This document shows positions 50,959 to 64,000 of a stretch of DNA of 64,000 bases, piece after piece. The translations under genes were made by a program, and so were the position numbers. Position 1 is the first letter of the stretch. Each line of letters begins with the position of its first letter. The DNA is from Tubiluchus corallicola (Eukaryota; Animalia; Priapulida), in NCBI GenBank assembly GCA_030141605.1, contig JAQGDQ010000646.1:55843-119842 (forward strand). The letters run 5' to 3'. The notes under the pieces were generated by a model, which ran no database searches, had not been told where the DNA came from, and saw nothing but the letters and a program-made list of their open reading frames with translations.

Positions 50959-53900
50959 ATTAGCACTTCTTTAGGAATTTCATTAAATTTTGCTTGCTTG
51001 AACGCTTGATATGTATTGAACGCTTGAGCCCATTTTGTATCCAAATGCAAAAATTAGAAGCATACGTTATTTTCTGCATAAAAATTGTCTTTGATACACA
51101 TTTCTGATGCTTATACCCGAGAACGCTTGCTTGTGGTTCGAGTCAGTTTTACTTATAGGTAGAAGGAAAATATTAACTGTACTTTCATTTTAGGGTACCT
51201 GTACTGTGCCTACATATTAAATTATGGCGCTTAGTGGTATTAATTCTGTTTCTGGGGAGGCTTAATCTTTCTTTTCGATAATTAAAATAACGCAGCCTCT
51301 CAACAAGTTTATTGGCTTAGCATAACGCCATGAACAAATATGTCTGACTGATGAAAAATCCCATTATAAATGAAAGCGCCTATTAGCATTACAACGGCTG
51401 CGACTATTTTACGGCTATTAAGCCTCATGGCATTTCACGGGCGAATACAGCGCGCCTTTTTTACGACATCAAATATTATCCACAGCAATCAAATTGTCGG
51501 CTGATTAAGTTCTATAAAATTGATTTATCTGGCTGTACATTTTACTGAATACTGTAGGCGATTAGTGTGTAATTAATTATCAATTTCAATAGAATTAATT
51601 CGAAAGAGCTTAGCCCGCTTCAACATTTGATGATTTCGTTTCCACAACTTGCAGTGAAAAGCAATTAAAGGAAAGAATAACTCATTTAAAGTATGCTAGG
51701 TGTATTTTACTGTTGTCACTTAAACTTAGAAAAATATAACAAATAAATTTCAACTGCCGACAAGGCATAAAGTTAATGTAAACTGCCACTGTATAGAAAT
51801 TTTCAGGCGCGGTCGTTATTATGAAAATAACTTGAAAATTATGACGTAACTGGTGGCTTGGTTTTCGTGAGCTCATCGTGGCGTTTCGTAAGCGCACGCT
51901 GTTTAAAATATGCCCTATTTCTGCACGCAATTTAGTATTCACGCAAAAACACCCGCAAAATTATCTGTCTATTTTTAAAAAAAAACTTCTTAAACCTTTG
52001 ACACAAATTGACAGCGTGCTGCTTTTCTTGAATCGGTGAACGACGTCATTGGTGGAAAAATGGCGTTAAAAATCGTAGCGCGCAAGCGCACAATGGTCGC
52101 GACTTTAAAGTGTTACTAATTAAGACTTTACTAATTAAACAAGGCTCTTATTATATTTTCTTATCGAAAAATTTTTCTAACATTTTCCGCGGATACTGAA
52201 ATAAGCAAAGCCTCAAGGTTTGGCTTTTCCTTTAATGAACGTGAAATAAATGCGAGCAATAAACATATTAAATTAATATATTTTATAACTTAATATTAAG
52301 CCATCTTTAATAACTGGGAAACAGATCTAGACACGTCTGTCTCTTTAGTGGGAAACCATGAGATAGGTAAAATTACTGCCAAAGTTTGCTTTGAGATGTT
52401 AGAGAGGTTAGACAATGTGCCGTGAAAACGTTAGTTTTAATCGAACCGACAAGAAACCTTTCATGGTTTAACTCGTAATATTTTTTAAAATTTTGACCAG
52501 GGTTTTATCTTTTCATTAGTACGGCATGAGTAAATCGTGAGTTCTGTCGTGTTATAAATTAATATTGGTGACTCGGTAGCATTTTGCTGATTTTGACTGC
52601 CCTTTGATTTCTTACAACGCTAAATCTTCTATGCAAAACGTTTTACCTTCACTAAATTTAGAACGCCTGCATATTTTCCGCGATATAGCTGCATTTGCAG
52701 CCTTCGTTCATATTGTACACGAAATCTCAGTTAAAAAATTAGTACCGTACAACGTGTAACTATTTTTGCAATAGTTTTAAAATTACCAAATAATAATCTT
52801 AAGAATTCAAAGTATATTCATTAATTTATTCACTGTATATTAATTATGTTATATGCGCGTGTATATATATATATATATATATATATACGTATTGGGCTTT
52901 AATGTGTAGTGTATTATTATTGCACTCTTACCCTGCAAATGGAGGGTTTTGCATAATTTTATTTTGAAAATAAATGAGATTTAATAAAATAATAATTGTT
53001 AATATTACAAAGACACTGATATTATTTAGCTCGACCCGGCATAATAGTTCAATGCATTTATATCTTTTTCACTTTTGTTTATAATTCACACTCACTACTT
53101 GTCCAAAATGGAGCATTTTTCTTATCATGGTCGCACAGAAGTGCTTTTGTAGCAGTCATTGCGGCCAATGTGCAACCTTGTAAATTTAGATGTAAGAGAT
53201 CGTAGATTTAAGATCAAAGAGATTCTCACATGTAAGTAGTTTGTAATAAGGTATAGTGAGTTCATGCAACGGTGTACTACGATCAGTGACTCCCAATTGA
53301 ACTTTTGTAATGTTTTATACGTCATTTCTACTAGTAAAAAGGGCCATTTTACTAATTTACATTTAGCTGAAACTTACAATCAGTACAATTACGTTCGTTT
53401 GACGGATTAATTCACTTTCTATAAAGTTAAAATGCCAAATTAACTGAGCTCAATCGATATAATAAACTTCTTCATATCTGTGATAATTTGCCTTTTTGAC
53501 ATTGTTAATTTTGTAGTTCTGAACTTTACTGAACACAAGAACTAGCTATAAATGGATCTAGTTTGGCAGTTTACCAATTTATGTGACTTTCTGTCAAATT
53601 AACATGTTTTACATGAATTACACTAAAGAAAACGAAGCGATCAGTTCATAATGATCCAAAATAAAATAAAAATGATGCTTTTACTTACATTGTATCACCC
53701 TATAAAGCAAATTTACTAACAAATTTTATCAGTGCATCTAACAAAATTCAGCTCTCATATGCCCATTACGTCTGTTGCAAACGTTGGGCACTGGGCAGGC
53801 AGAATTCTAAAATAAAGAAATGCAGCACTAATATGTAGCACTGTCATATTGTGCAAATTACTATTTGCACAGGTGAGTGGTTGTGGTCATGTAACCAACA

Positions 53901-55560
53901 AGAAACCTGGAGAAATTCCTTACAAACGGTGTTTCGTTGTACTTTTTTACCCTTGACGTTTTTAACTTACCTCTTTCATCCATTACGTTAGGCTTTTCTT
54001 GTCCATATTTATCACCTACTATCTTTTTGCTTTGCCCTTCCGTATTCGCCACTATTTATATTATCATAAGTTATGACTGTGTATGAGCATTTAGTTAATT
54101 ATGAATTCCTTAATTAGGAAGTTGTGGTAAAAGAACAACAAAGCACGTACGATAATGTTTTGCAACCTGCATCTGGCACGCTGTGATATAGGCTTAATTT
54201 TTGCAATTATGCGGAAGCTCACATTAGTGTGACTTCCGCATATTCGATCAGTTTACTTTGAAAGCATTCAAATTTTCAAACCTTTCATAGGCAGCCGAGG
54301 AAGAATGGTGACAAAATTTGAATTGTAAATGAACGCGCGCATGCGTGATATCTATTATATGCCTTACAGCAAAATATCGCCATCACTTCAAGCTTTTTTC
54401 TCTCTTCGGTGGCAGAATATTGTAATGATTCAAGTATGGAGAACTTTAAGATGACACTGACGATAGTAAACTCAAAAACCACAAGAATTTAAGGACATAC
54501 TGTGATGGAGATTTCACAGGTATCGTAGTATTTCCTGAGTGTGAAGAAAGAAACAATAAGCGGGAAAATGGAGTTAGCGCACGAGGAAAAAGCAACAGAA
54601 AAATGACATGAACCTGTTGCAGAAATGTGTATATAAACATTGAACTTATCAAATAAGGTTTATGGTATTTTTAGTTTGTATAGACAAAAGCTGGCTTCGC
54701 AATCCACACCTACCATAAACAAAATAATAAATTTCTCATACTTTTAAGCTACACGAAAACTAGGTAAGTTATTATAACAAATAAGAAACAAAAAAGCTGA
54801 TGTAGTACCTTGGGAAAAACGTAAAATAAATATAATTTAATACAATATCAAAACTGTAAATACTTCAGTAAAGGGGGGGCTAGACAAAACTTTAGCGAGT
54901 TACAAACTTAAGCTGTATATATTTAAACAGAATTGTATCAAAATTTGTTGTTCAAAAGGAATAAAATGTAACCGGACTTTTAAACGTATGTATACCAACA
55001 TTTTATTATCAAATAAAAGTTTTTTAAATTTTAGTTGGTTGCAGAAATTAATTTTCCTGAACTTTTTTTAGCTGGTTTACAAACTGTCATCAGCTAGGTT
55101 GAATCTAAAAATAAAAGGAATCTAAAAATCGTTTTATAAATGGCAAACATAAATAAGAAATTCTCACCTGTTTCCAGCGTTCTTGAACAGAGGCTGAGGA
55201 CAGGCAGACAGACACATGAATAACATCAGCTGCACTATTACTGGAAGGAAAGAATGAAAAATAGCTCAGTGCATGAATGCTAAGCACTACCCGTCAAGAA
55301 TGCAAGATCTTAAGTTCAATTCCTGAGTGGGTTTCCATTTTTCATTATTTCCTTCTTCAAAAAATGTAATTTCACACAAGCTGTTCGTTTGCTATTCTTT
55401 TATGGCGAGAGAATCTTTAATTTTTCCCCTTCCCCCAATCTTTAATCATCACATTTGGTTGATCACGATTAGCCGGGTAAATCAGTACGGTAAACATTCT
55501 CGCGTCGTTTAGTTGCTGTTCAATATTAACCGCTATAATGATTTCTTAGAAATGTTGCGC

Positions 55561-56219
55561 CCTTTTCCAACCGATAAGTTGTTACACGTTCGACCTTTTC
55601 CACCCTATAAGTTGTTACACGTTCGACTTTTTCCACCCTATAAGTTGTTACACGTTCGACCTTTCCCACCCTATAAGTTGTTGCACGTTCACCCTTTTCC
55701 GCCCTATAAGTTGTTAAACGTTCGACCTTTTCCACCCTACAAGTTGTTGCACGTTCACCCTTTTCCACCCTATAAGTTGTTAAACGTTCACCCTTTTCCA
55801 CCCTATAAGTTGTTACACGTTCGACCTTTTCCACCCTATAAGTTGTTACACGTTCGACCTTTCCCACCCTATAAGTTGTTGCACGTTCACCCTTTTCCAC
55901 CCTGTAAGTTGTTACACGTTCGACCTTTTCCACCCTATAAGTTGTTACACGTTCGACCTTTCCCACCCTATAAGTTGTTGCACGTTCTCCCTTTTCCACC
56001 CTATAAGTTGTTACACGTTCGACCTTTTCCACCCTATAAGTTGTTACACGTTCGACCTTTTCCACCCGATAAGTTGTTACACGTTCGACCTTTTCCACCC
56101 TATAAGTTGTTACACGTTCGACCTTTCCCACCCTATAAGTTGTTGCACGTTCACCCTTTTCCACCCTATAAGTTGTTACACGTTCACCCTTTTCCACCCT
56201 ACAAGTTGTTACACGTTCC
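55561..56219. repeat. 33-bp minisatellite, ~20 copies, consensus CACGTTCGACCTTTTCCACCCTATAAGTTGTTA
   Basis: Directly visible head-to-tail units with no spacers. Confidence 0.97.
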
Positions 56220-56344
56220 ATATTATAAACTCTCTTCTTGAAAAAATAAGGACTTTCGAATAATAACCGAAGTACTTCAAAATAAGATAAAAAAGAACAA
56301 TGTTTATTTCGCAGTGCATAACAACAATAATAATGTCTCACTTT

Positions 56345-56980
56345 AAATATAAATTAGACAACATTGTGAGGGGAACGAAGGAGCAAGCTATTTAGTCGTC
56401 CCCCAGAGCAATTATTACACAGTAATTTATGTAGTTTTAATAATTCATTACATACTAGATTTGAACGAGTATCTTATAACAAGCATGTACAATTGTTTCA
56501 AGAAATAATAAGCATCAAATAATTTATGTTTGAACAAATATAGCAAATAACAGTTATACGTACAAATTTAGTAATAAACGTTTTATACTAGACGGAATAG
56601 TTGTGAGTTTTAAAACATGTACGTTTTAAATTCTGATATTACACACGCATAACAACAAGTTTACTTACAACACAGAGTTGAGGAGATCACGAAAATTTTG
56701 ATAATTTTGATTATATTTTATAAGTTTTTTAAATTGATATTGATTAATCCTTTAATATTGAAAGGTGTTTCGTTCCATAGCTTTATGGCGTTAATTGTTA
56801 TAGTTTGCTTAAATACATTAGTTCTATGGGGCGGCACGTAGTAGTTATTACTTGCGTACCTTGTATTATATCTATGAATTTTACTGATTTGTTGGAAATA
56901 TGATTGAAATACCGGAGGAAGTAAACCATGGTACAATCTATATGTAAATAAAGCAAGGACTAGTCGTATCATTTTTTCTT
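56345..56980 (-). mobile_element. L2/Crack-like LINE ORF2 3' end plus UTR
   Basis: LALFTYRLYHGLLPPVFQSYFQQISKIHRYNTRYASNNYYVPPHRTNVFKQTITINAIKLWNETPFNIK fits the FMY..LLP..F..YF......H.YNTR......P..RT...K.SI...G..LWN.LP tail; a T-rich UTR follows on the minus strand. Confidence 0.88.
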
Positions 56981-57118
56981 TTTAAACAAACAAGATTCAA
57001 GCAAATGCTAAGTGCTTGAATATACCAGGCGTTATAAGAGAAAATTGAATATCCACGCTAAGGGAATTTAGAGCGGCCTGCAGCCAGTGAATTTCTTGAA
57101 CTCTAATGAAATGGAATA

Positions 57119-57158
<40 letters not shown>

Positions 57159-58554
57159 TGAAGAAGAAGAATGAGAAGAAGAAGAAGAAAAGTCGTGAGA
57201 CATTCCAAGGCATAACTCTTTAATGCAGGACAAAAGCTGCAATACGCGCAATTGGTTTAAATACTATTTTATTAACAAACAAATCAATATGCAAGATAGG
57301 TACATTTGAGGAGAAGACAAAACAGAATGTTAATAGGATGGGCTAACAGGTTCTAATACGTTCTAATAAGTACACTTAGTACCAAAAACGACATTTGAGA
57401 TGTTGTCCCTGAGTTAAAAAGTAAAAATTCTCCTTTTATATTTTATGGTCATCATTCCTATTTCATCAATTTGTGACGTGGAAACGAATTCTTAAAATGA
57501 AAATAACAGCCAGTACCCCCATAAGCAAAGATAACGCTTTTATTCAGACGAAAACATCTGCAACGTTTTGATGCCAGTTATGATCATGTTCACGTAATAA
57601 TCCACCTAAATAAAAATACAGTGTAAAAAATTACAAAAAATGTGGGAAGCAAACAAGACAAATATTAAATTGTAAACTTACAGGTCGTGTGATACAAAGT
57701 CTAATGACAGAAAAAAAGTTATGTTACTACAACTCCCACTAATGCCTGTGGCTGACAATATGAGAAACCTTTGCACCAAACATGAACAACACTGTAAACG
57801 AACAGAAATGGTGTGTATTATGTGTTAGTGTAATGATCTGCAAACCCCTCTCCAACAAATAGTAATTCCTACCTCATTCATTTTTCACTAAAAATTCTGG
57901 GAGTTTGATTTTCACACGTCTCATGTATCGTTTGCCTCTTTTGGAATTTGGGATCTTTGATTTTATTGAAAAATATAGGCTTAATTACACATGGCCGATC
58001 AGAAATCATGTATATCACTAACTTATTGTTTATTATATAGTATATTATTAATTATGTGCGAGGTGTAATACCTTTAACACTGTTATTTTAAGTTGTCGTA
58101 TATGCGTGCGGTGCGCATGCGTGGCATTGCCACAGCGGGAAAATGGATAACTAAAAACGGCGCACTTACGGTTCAAATTTTGTCGACTTTGCACCTAACA
58201 TCTTCGCTTTTTGTCTAAATTTGCCGATTTGCTTCGTTTTGAAAATGGAAATTACAAACAAACTATTCATGATTACACAAAATAAGCAAAATAGCACAAA
58301 TTGACGGAATCCAAAACGCAATAAAGGCGGGATGCGTGCTTTACAAAAGCCGCAATGAGAAAAAATTGGTTAAGAAACGCTTTTATTATCCAGTCTCATT
58401 TGTAATAATTTTCACGACAAGTTTGATTTCTGGCAATTTTCATGATAATTTCACATGACGTGGGCCCAAGCTTCGAAGTTTATTGGAGTTCTTGCAGTTT
58501 TACGAAATTTTGTTTGTTATATAGTCAGCATGATATGTAGAAAAGTGCATGTTT

Positions 58555-58788
58555 TTGTCATTGTCGTTGTTGGTGTTGCTGTCGCTGTCGTTGTTGTTCT
58601 TCTGTCACTGTTGTACAGCTGTTGTTTGGTTGCCGTCATTGTCATTGTCACTGCTACTGCTGTTGTTTTTTTTTGGTACTGTCGTTATTATTGTTGCTGT
58701 AGTTGTTGCTGTTGTTGTTGTTGATGCTGCTGTTGTTGTTGCTCTTGTTGTGGTTGTTGTTGCCGCTGCTGCTGCTGTTGTCGTTGTT

Positions 58789-58821
<33 letters not shown>

Positions 58822-58825
58822 GCCA
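58555..58825. repeat. (GTT/GCT)n degenerate microsatellite
   Basis: Directly visible. Confidence 0.92.
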
Positions 58826-59785
58826 TTACCGTTATTTTCTGTCAGTTAGTGAGTTTTAATATAGACAATAAACTAATTAAGACGTACTCATTTCAGTCAT
58901 TTTAGTTCACTTGGTGGTTAGACTGGCGATTAAATGAACCATATAGTGAACCATGTAAGAGTGGTGAAGTTAGTAACCAAAAATGTACAACAGATCTGAC
59001 AACTGAATACTTTTTATATTCCTAATAATAGATTTTATAGCTGACTACAAGTAAATACTCTTTGCTGAGCTAAACTAGCACTTTTGAAGTTATACAAATT
59101 TGAAACGTTTTGTTCTAAAGTGTAGCAAACGAGCTTCGACTTTCTGATATAGAAAATACCATTACAAGGCTGAGAATGCATGTCGTTTAAGAAGATTGGA
59201 CGAAGAATTTTTAGGTTATTTCGTAGGAAAATGGCTTTTTTCATTATTGAACTTTACATTCATTTGGACGTTTCCCCGTCTATACACTCATTGTTTGACA
59301 CATAATTCTGCATTCGCAACACGTTCTGCGCTTATTGTAAAGCAACAGACCTGATTTAGCTATTCTAGTAGCGTGAGCGACCCAATGCAGGAAAGAGAAA
59401 ATCTATTTCAATTAGACTTAGGTAATAGAAAACTACTCAATTGCCCGATATTGTGACTGGGATGCTATGTAATGCATATTATATATACAGCTTTTTCGTA
59501 GAAAATGTACCGGTAGTAGCAGCTGCTAGTATGCCATGATGTGCGCTAGAATTGATTCAAAAAACGTTTATGCTGTCAACATAGCTACATTTCGACAACG
59601 ATAAATTATCGCACAACAAAAACATTTTTAGAATTACAGAGCCCCTAAAGTGCCACTTGTAAAAAATGTCTGACATTCGAAAGATTTACTAAGTCAACCT
59701 TTGGACAAAAGCATGTAGAAATAATGATTGTCGTAAGAAGAGCATAGTAGCAAATTGAACGAACAGCATATATTTTATCTCACAA

Positions 59786-59983
<198 letters not shown>

Positions 59984-61485
59984 TCTGATATTTGAAGTCC
60001 AAACAACAAAAATAAAAATAAGGCATAGGTAAAAACACCCGTAGTTAGTTTTCAGAAACAAGGGTTGGCATAAACTAGACACAACTACTAACGAACTAGG
60101 TTTCTTTTATAATCAGTGCACTGACATTTATACATCAGTATTGACTGTACTCCTGAACATCCCACAGTTGTTATACTCCTAGCCAATGGGCATATCCATT
60201 CAATAATTGTTTTCTCCGCTCTCCCGCGTAGCGGGGAGTGATTACAGTCGCGTCAGAAAGCACCTATGAGCAGCCTGACAGCTTATGAGCGCCTGTGATT
60301 AAAGCAAAACAGGACACAATCTTAAGCTATAGCTCAAAACAATCTACCCTTTAACATACTGAAAGGGAATCTTTTTCAAGAATGGCTTACGTGAAAGAAT
60401 TATTACCACAGAAACGTAATTTCGCGCGGCTATATCTTTATCAGTTCAGAGTGGCTCAGTTGTGACGTAGTGCGCACTTTGACAAACAGCGGTAAAATTG
60501 AAATTTGAATTTTAAACTTAAAATTTCTGAGTTTTTGAATAACGCACTGAATGTTGTATTGTAGCACGTTTAGCTTTTGCTTTTCGGAATTTGGCTTTGC
60601 AAACACCTGTAACACGCTCATGGAGGGTTGTGCTGCTGAAAATTAGGTTAACTTGTGATGTCACCACTAGTTGGGCTCGCCTGCCGTTAATTAAGTTTTT
60701 GAACTGTTACTTAATTATCAGAAACGCTCTGGCATTGTTACTGGTGTTAAAAGGTAAACTTCTCTGCCGTACTTCAAAATGGGGTAGCTATGAAAAATTA
60801 TCGTGTCTTCCTTTAAGCAAGAACTTCTATAACTATAACTAGGTCTATAGCTATAACTATAACTTTTAAGTACAATAAAAGTTTGCTACACTATTTATAA
60901 ATCCGAAAATCATGGTTCCTCGCAGCTCTAATGATATAAAGATGAGATAGTGGTCTTGAACTAGGATTTCTAAACCGACTAACTGAATATAGAGGCGAAG
61001 AAACCTTGTGTTAAAATAAAAGACTACGGAGCTAATATGATTTCGTGAAGCTACCGCCGCATTTTGTGAAAACCAGTAACTTTCGTCATAAGAACTCACA
61101 CGACCTACTTCTTAAGAAAGGCCGACAACACCAGACCTAAAATCCCCTTTAACAACAGCTCTTTGTAATGACCAAAAAATTCTGAATGCAACTATTACAA
61201 TGATTTAGGACGTAGCTTGGTCTATCATATCTATGCAAACTTTATGAATCTCATGTTGCAGGAAATATTTATATTATTGATGAATGGAACTGATTGTGAA
61301 CTTGCACATTTAGTTTAGAATTATACTCGGATTACAGACTGTTTTGAAAAAGAGGAAAAAAATTGAAAAACTTTTGTAAACGTGTAAATATTGTGAACAG
61401 TTTAACCTCTAGAGTTTTACTGCTTCGATATGACGATTATACCCCAGTGTTGGAATCCTTTTTGGAATGTGTGGTTCTCTATTAA

Positions 61486-61710
61486 AAATGGGTCTTACTA
61501 AAAAGTCACACCATAGCAGTAAAACTGAATACAATAAAAAAGAAAAAAAAACAATAAAAAAACACATGACAGACATGTCATTCCTCCAAATTTTTAGCTT
61601 GTAATGGAATATCTCTTATGTGCTTTTTTCTCTTTTTTTTCCATTTTTGTTGTATTCACACCTCTATTCAGTTTAACTGCTATGGTATGACTTTTTAATA
61701 AAATCCATTA
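61486..61710. repeat. Imperfect long inverted repeat (foldback/MITE-like)
   Basis: TAAAAAGTCACACCATAGCAGTAAAACTGAATA pairs with TATTCAGTTTAACTGCTATGGTATGACTTTTTA, and the inner A-rich and T-rich arms extend the pairing. Confidence 0.8.
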
Positions 61711-61987
61711 TTTATTTATCTATTTTATTCAACGTACATGTTGAAAATTGCATTTTGTTGTTTGTCAGTAAACTTATAATAAGAAGCTATATTATGAACG
61801 TCCGTCAAAAAATTCGAACTTGCGATTTTATTGTGAGATGTCATTATAAGGCACATTTCCACTTGTCACATGTGTATTTAAAATCCGATTTTGATTGTAG
61901 TAACTTTTAAGTATCTTTGCCCTACAAACAGAGGGCAGTACTTGTACATGATGTATTATAACTTGTATTTGTGCGCAAATAAAAGAC

Positions 61988-62236
<249 letters not shown>

Positions 62237-63280
62237 TATTTGAAGCAAGCAAGCTGCAGAAGCTTTTTAACAGCCGAGTACGCTTGCGCCTTCTACAGGC
62301 AAACATAGCAAACATCATGAACGATAGAAACATCAAAACGTATTCTCACTTTACGTAAGGGCAACTTGAAAAGACATGCTTGTGTTGCAGAAATATTCTA
62401 CTTTGTTCTGATTATGATGTGTTTTCTAGATTTTTCTCAAATGCTGTTTTCTTCACAGTAGTATAACTCATGACAAGACCACGATGATGAACATTTGAAG
62501 TTTCGTAATTGCATCTTATTAAAAACACTAAAATTTTAAGGTAGTAATTTAGTGAAACAAGCGTGAAAGCATTTTTAGTAAGCGTAAGCCTTGATTATAC
62601 ATAATCTAAAGCAAAACTGAGCTACTTATAAATAACCTACAACAATGAGTCAACTCTGTTTCCATTTCTAACTTAAGAGAGATCAGTGGAAAAGTTATTA
62701 GAACTTAATAACTTTAGAACTTGAGAATTTAATAATCATTTTAATAGGAATATTCTGGAAATGGACACTCACTGTATCAACTGTGGTAAAAACATGCAAC
62801 ATATCATAAATATCACCGTAAAAATATTAATGTGTAATAGTCTACATAAACCGGAAATTTGTTAGTTTTTCGCAATCTCATCTTTGTGCGTCGAGTTTGA
62901 CAATGGCACAGCATTGGCTGAGTTAGTGTTTTCATGGTAAATGAGTTGTTGGTTTACATTCTCAACTGCAACTTGCAATACTTTACAACCTTCCCTAGAA
63001 CACAAGTTTTCATTGTCATGTTCATCCTCTCTTCACTTGTTCTTTTACTTTAGTGTCCTGCTGATACTCGCTATTTAATGCTAGTTTGCCATCATCCAAC
63101 TTTTACTTCTTCTTGAATGATACAAATCTTGATACGTGTTTTCTGCTGAAGCCAGGACATAACTATTTATCACCATATAGTACAAGCACTTAACGTAATT
63201 TCAGCTGATTACGTAAATTTTAAAAATCAATATACGCAATATAATGCTAATAACACGATATGAAATCTCAGATAAATCTG

Positions 63281-64000
63281 CTACCGTCGCTCAAAGTCTC
63301 CTCGTAGTAGTCGAATAAAGGTCTTTTTGAACTGTACATTAGCTAGAGCATACATAAAAGGGTTTAACGGACTATTCATGTAGCACAGCCAGTAAGAAAA
63401 AGCGTAAAGGTCAGGGCTGATGCAGGTCGGACAAAAGCCCATTACTGTAGCAAACACATGCCATGGTGTCCAACACAACACAAAGGCACCCATAATGCAA
63501 GTAATTGTCCTCAACGCTTTCCGCGCGCGATTTTCTGACTTTGATTTTTCGCGCTTGTCGCGCCGCTTGAAATTGTTCTTATTTTTACTTGGCTTCTTCA
63601 GCAGATTACCCCGCTCAGGCGGTGTAGGAGTCGCTACTTTGCCATTCTTTGTGGTGACGGAAACCTCGCCGTCGTACCTTGGAGGACTGGTCTCTTTTAA
63701 AAGGGCTTCTTCGTCCGCCTTGGTGGCTATTCTGGTTACTGTTCCGGCACTGGGCGTCGTTGTGACCACTGTTGGACTTCCTTCTTTGACGCGCGGACTA
63801 GGTTCACGTGAGCAACCGGACACGGACGCGGGAGTCGATTCCTTTGATCGTCGGCCTGTCAGTAAACCGGGCGTGGTTTCCCGAGAGCCCTGCCGAGACA
63901 CCGGAGACCGTATACTATCGGAGGAAGGTGATCTTAAGCTTTCTTGGTCGATATACGAAAACAGCTCAAGTCCCTCGGGTGCGGCATTGATATCAAAACC
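63281..64000 (-). CDS. mAChR-B: Class A GPCR, muscarinic acetylcholine receptor B-type-like; 3' part only (ICL3, TM6, ECL3, TM7, helix 8), continues beyond the window
   Basis: Translation gives [30 protein letters not shown] (TM6, CWxP), GFCPTCI (ECL3 Cys pair), [23 protein letters not shown] (TM7, NPxxY) and [13 protein letters not shown] (helix 8). I translated 63902-64000 by hand and the frame stays open ([33 protein letters not shown]), so the track's GTG start is not the real start. The [13 protein letters not shown] and ALANxQFKKTF motifs match invertebrate B-type mAChR / GAR-1/2-like receptors as I recall them. Confidence 0.88.
   Translation of the reverse strand, partial: GFDINAAPEGLELFSYIDQESLRSPSSDSIRSPVSRQGSRETTPGLLTGRRSKESTPASVSGCSREPSPRVKEGSPTVVTTTPSAGTVTRIATKADEEALLKETSPPRYDGEVSVTTKNGKVATPTPPERGNLLKKPSKNKNNFKRRDKREKSKSENRARKALRTITCIMGAFVLCWTPWHVFATVMGFCPTCISPDLYAFSYWLCYMNSPLNPFMYALANVQFKKTFIRLLRGDFERR

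Noticed and set aside
55561-56219. CRISPR array (33-bp repeats)
   Set aside because: Units are head-to-tail with no unique spacers, there are no cas genes and the context is eukaryotic.
63808-63990. Separate plus-strand 60-aa ORF
   Set aside because: Antisense shadow of the GPCR coding sequence.

Overview
AT-rich, microsatellite-dense DNA from a eukaryote, most likely an invertebrate animal. It is not prokaryotic: there are no operons, CRISPR arrays or rRNA. Only one protein-coding gene is well supported: the 3' part of a class A GPCR on the minus strand at the right edge (63281 to >64000; long ICL3, TM6, TM7, helix 8), resembling invertebrate B-type muscarinic acetylcholine receptors. The remaining ~63 kb reads as intergenic or intronic sequence. 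It holds many decayed non-LTR retrotransposon (LINE) fragments, two young near-identical 5'-truncated LINE-end insertions with clear target-site duplications, hAT-, Harbinger- and Tigger-like MITEs, tRNA-derived SINE remnants, a hairpin-bounded element carrying two tRNA-like cassettes, 28-bp and 33-bp minisatellites and many simple repeats. Nearly all ORFs in the supplied track are artefacts of these repeats. I found no convincing new multi-gene system. The best leads are the unusual TM6 motif (WTPWH) of the receptor, the tRNA-cassette element and the young LINE family. All calls were made by eye, and most repeat boundaries are approximate.
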